Positions 62,002 through 64,000 of a stretch of 64,000 nucleotides of DNA are shown here, in pieces; position 1 is the stretch's first letter, and the number at the start of each line of letters is the position of its first letter. The notes below the pieces were generated by a model. It was not told the DNA's origin, ran no database searches, and worked only from the letters and a program-made list of their open reading frames with translations. Source of the DNA: Candidatus Poseidoniaceae archaeon (GTDB lineage Archaea > Thermoplasmatota > Poseidoniia > Poseidoniales > Poseidoniaceae); the NCBI GenBank assembly GCA_049616955.1, contig JBMZIJ010000001.1, forward strand, positions 66,797 to 130,796, given 5' to 3'. A program made the translations under genes and the position numbers.

Positions 62002-63993
62002 TCATGCATCGCTCTTCGCTGCAGCTTCAGCACGTGCGTCCTCTTCTTCTGCAACACGGATTCCTTCCTCGAGGTCAACCCGACTGGTAAGGTAAGTACC
62101 TGCAAGAATAACAATCGTGATGGACAAAATCGCAACACGACTATCGAAGGTTGTACTTGCGATTGCATACAATGCCGTTCCGATCATGGCAGCCGATTTT
62201 CCAAGGAAACCAAAGAATCCATAGAACTCAGATGCTCGAGATTTCGGGGTTAACATGGAAAACATCGAACGTGCTTGTGCACCTGCTGATCCCATTGCAC
62301 AACCAACAAACATTCCGAGAATAATCCACTGGAGTGAAACACCTAGGTTGAGAGGTTTCCAAACATTGTCACGCATAAGTTCTGCCCAGCCATCGACCAT
62401 CCCGCCTTGATCAAGCATGGTTGGATGGCGATCGCCGATTTCATCAGAACCTGCGATTGTTTCATTTCCTCCGAGGACGATAATGGAAAATCGGTGATCG
62501 CTTGTGTTGTCAAAGGCGGTTACCAGAGCAACAGCATCTTCTTCAGAAATCGATTTCACATCTTTCTCCTCAACGGTTGCTTGGTCTGCAAGGAAGGACG
62601 CTCCAAATACACCGACTCCGACAAGCAAAAACGCTGCGAAGAGTCCCATTAGCCCCATCTCCTTGTCCTGAATAAACTTAATTCCAAAACCGAGTAATCC
62701 GACCATAGCCAGAATGAACAGACAGACGACGAGACCCTTGCCAAGCGTACTGTCTCCTGCCTCTTCGACAGAATAATCTGTTGCAGGGAAGTGGGCTTGG
62801 AAGTTATCTCTGAAGGCCGCATCACCTGCAGAATCCTCTCCAATCCAACCTTCATAGCCTCGATCGTAAAGGGTTGTCATCTCGTACATGCCGGTTTCAT
62901 CATTCCATTCAAATTGGAAATCATACCGTTCTGCATCGTCCTGGCCTTCCAATTCTAGCGGAGCAAAGCCAGCAGCGGTAACTGAAACTGCACAATAAAT
63001 TAGCAAAGCTACCATCAAAGCAAATTTGGTTCCTTTCTTTGCTGCGAGTTTACCAAAGACGAACGTCATAGGAACGGCAACGATGTTGACGGTCAACAAC
63101 AGCATGATGTTCATGCTCGGATCGATTCTCAAAACCGATTCACCAAATGCACTTGCCATGCTTGCAATGGTGTTGACACCATCGTAGAACAACAAATACG
63201 CGATGAGGAAAAAGGCGAGAACCTTGAACTTACGAATTTCTTTTGCTGTTTGGAACACTTGACCATATGCAATCTTCGTGGCGCTCACAACACGAGCAAC
63301 ATTGTTTTTGCCAAGTCCATGCCATTCCATTTCCGTTGGAATGTCTGGCTCAGGCGTCCATTTGAAAATCAGTGCGCCGAAGCCCCACCACCACAATGCT
63401 GAGGTGACAAAGATGACGGCGAGTTTGAAATCAGTATCCCAATTAAAAGGTCCAAGAAGGAGAATCAAGTGGAATACCAAGAGGAGTGAACCACCAGCAA
63501 ATCCGTAGATGTAACCCCATGTAGACAACTTATCCTGCTCATCTCGAGAACCGAGGTACGGCATGAAAGAATAGTAAATGACGTTACCACCGGTAAACCC
63601 AATCGTACCGATCGTGAACATCATGGCGAGAATAATGTAACCGTCCGAGCCAAAATACGGTGCTGCTCCCATCAGGGCACAAAAGATGATACCTGCTGCA
63701 GTATACCATTTGAGCAATTTTTTCTTGATAGGCATCTTATCAGCAATCACCCCGAGGGCGGGTGCAGTAAGGACAACAAAGAGCATCGAAATGGTCAACA
63801 CCGTTGCGTAAAATGAATCACCAGATTGCGTACCAGTAGCCTTATTGTACAAATTTGCCATCAATGCTGGAGCGATAACGGTCATCACGGTAAGTGCATA
63901 GGCTTGGTTTGCCCAATCAAAGAAATACCATCCCTTGATTGCTTTTTGGTCATCATCGCTCATCGATGAAATCATGTCTTTTGCTGAGTGCAT
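62002..63993 (-). CDS. MFS transporter, UMF1 (Atg22-like) family, with large central insertion
   Basis: 'KGWYFFDWANQAYALTVMTVIAP' is the UMF1-type N-terminus. 663 aa. A central ~170-aa segment has acidic soluble stretches and extra helices. Confidence 0.7.
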   Translation of the reverse strand: MHSAKDMISSMSDDDQKAIKGWYFFDWANQAYALTVMTVIAPALMANLYNKATGTQSGDSFYATVLTISMLFVVLTAPALGVIADKMPIKKKLLKWYTAAGIIFCALMGAAPYFGSDGYIILAMMFTIGTIGFTGGNVIYYSFMPYLGSRDEQDKLSTWGYIYGFAGGSLLLVFHLILLLGPFNWDTDFKLAVIFVTSALWWWGFGALIFKWTPEPDIPTEMEWHGLGKNNVARVVSATKIAYGQVFQTAKEIRKFKVLAFFLIAYLLFYDGVNTIASMASAFGESVLRIDPSMNIMLLLTVNIVAVPMTFVFGKLAAKKGTKFALMVALLIYCAVSVTAAGFAPLELEGQDDAERYDFQFEWNDETGMYEMTTLYDRGYEGWIGEDSAGDAAFRDNFQAHFPATDYSVEEAGDSTLGKGLVVCLFILAMVGLLGFGIKFIQDKEMGLMGLFAAFLLVGVGVFGASFLADQATVEEKDVKSISEEDAVALVTAFDNTSDHRFSIIVLGGNETIAGSDEIGDRHPTMLDQGGMVDGWAELMRDNVWKPLNLGVSLQWIILGMFVGCAMGSAGAQARSMFSMLTPKSRASEFYGFFGFLGKSAAMIGTALYAIASTTFDSRVAILSITIVILAGTYLTSRVDLEEGIRVAEEEDARAEAAAKSDA

Positions 63994-64000
63994 ATCGTCT

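Noticed and set aside
1-64000. Search for tRNA, rRNA, CRISPR arrays, integrases, transposases and long direct or inverted repeats
   Set aside because: Intergenic spacers are all under ~380 nt. None showed tRNA-like T-arm/acceptor features or repeat-spacer periodicity. No ORF translation resembled a recombinase or transposase. A by-eye scan cannot exclude small ncRNAs.

Overview
Dense, almost fully coding (~60 genes) chromosomal segment of an archaeon. I found no rRNA, tRNA, CRISPR array, integrase or transposase. The archaeal assignment is firm. It rests on the psmA-SBDS-rrp4-rrp41-rrp42-L37Ae-Pcc1-prefoldin-beta superoperon, the S12-S7-aEF-2 operon, RFC large subunit, archaeal-type GlyRS, TiaS, TrmY, SRP54, isopentenyl phosphate kinase and an archaeosortase. 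Acidic proteins, very large secreted adhesin-like proteins, peptide and other transporters (OPT, MFS, EamA) and a PhoX-like enzyme suggest an uncultured marine planktonic euryarchaeote of the Marine Group II/III type; this is inference only. Housekeeping genes dominate. The loci I consider worth a second look are listed here. (1) A MamK-family actin-like ATPase tightly coupled to a two-pass membrane protein with a Gln/Pro-rich tail (47.6-49.4 kb). This is my best candidate for an undescribed system. (2) A eukaryote-type IDI fused to a GGPP synthase. (3) A UbiD-like decarboxylase operon ending in a NUDIX hydrolase. (4) A thiolase followed by a DUF35-like protein with a cysteine-less zinc ribbon and a long N-terminal extension. 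(5) A 1763-aa Lhr helicase. (6) A 1.2-kaa C-type-lectin/TSP3/EF-hand surface protein convergent with archaeosortase A. (7) A PhoX-like enzyme with a PGF-CTERM-like 'PGV' anchor. (8) SelO in an archaeal context. (9) A solitary DUF2493/SLOG gene. (10) A RecA/KaiC-like protein with a lysine-less P-loop. All family calls come from motif recognition by eye. No searches were run.
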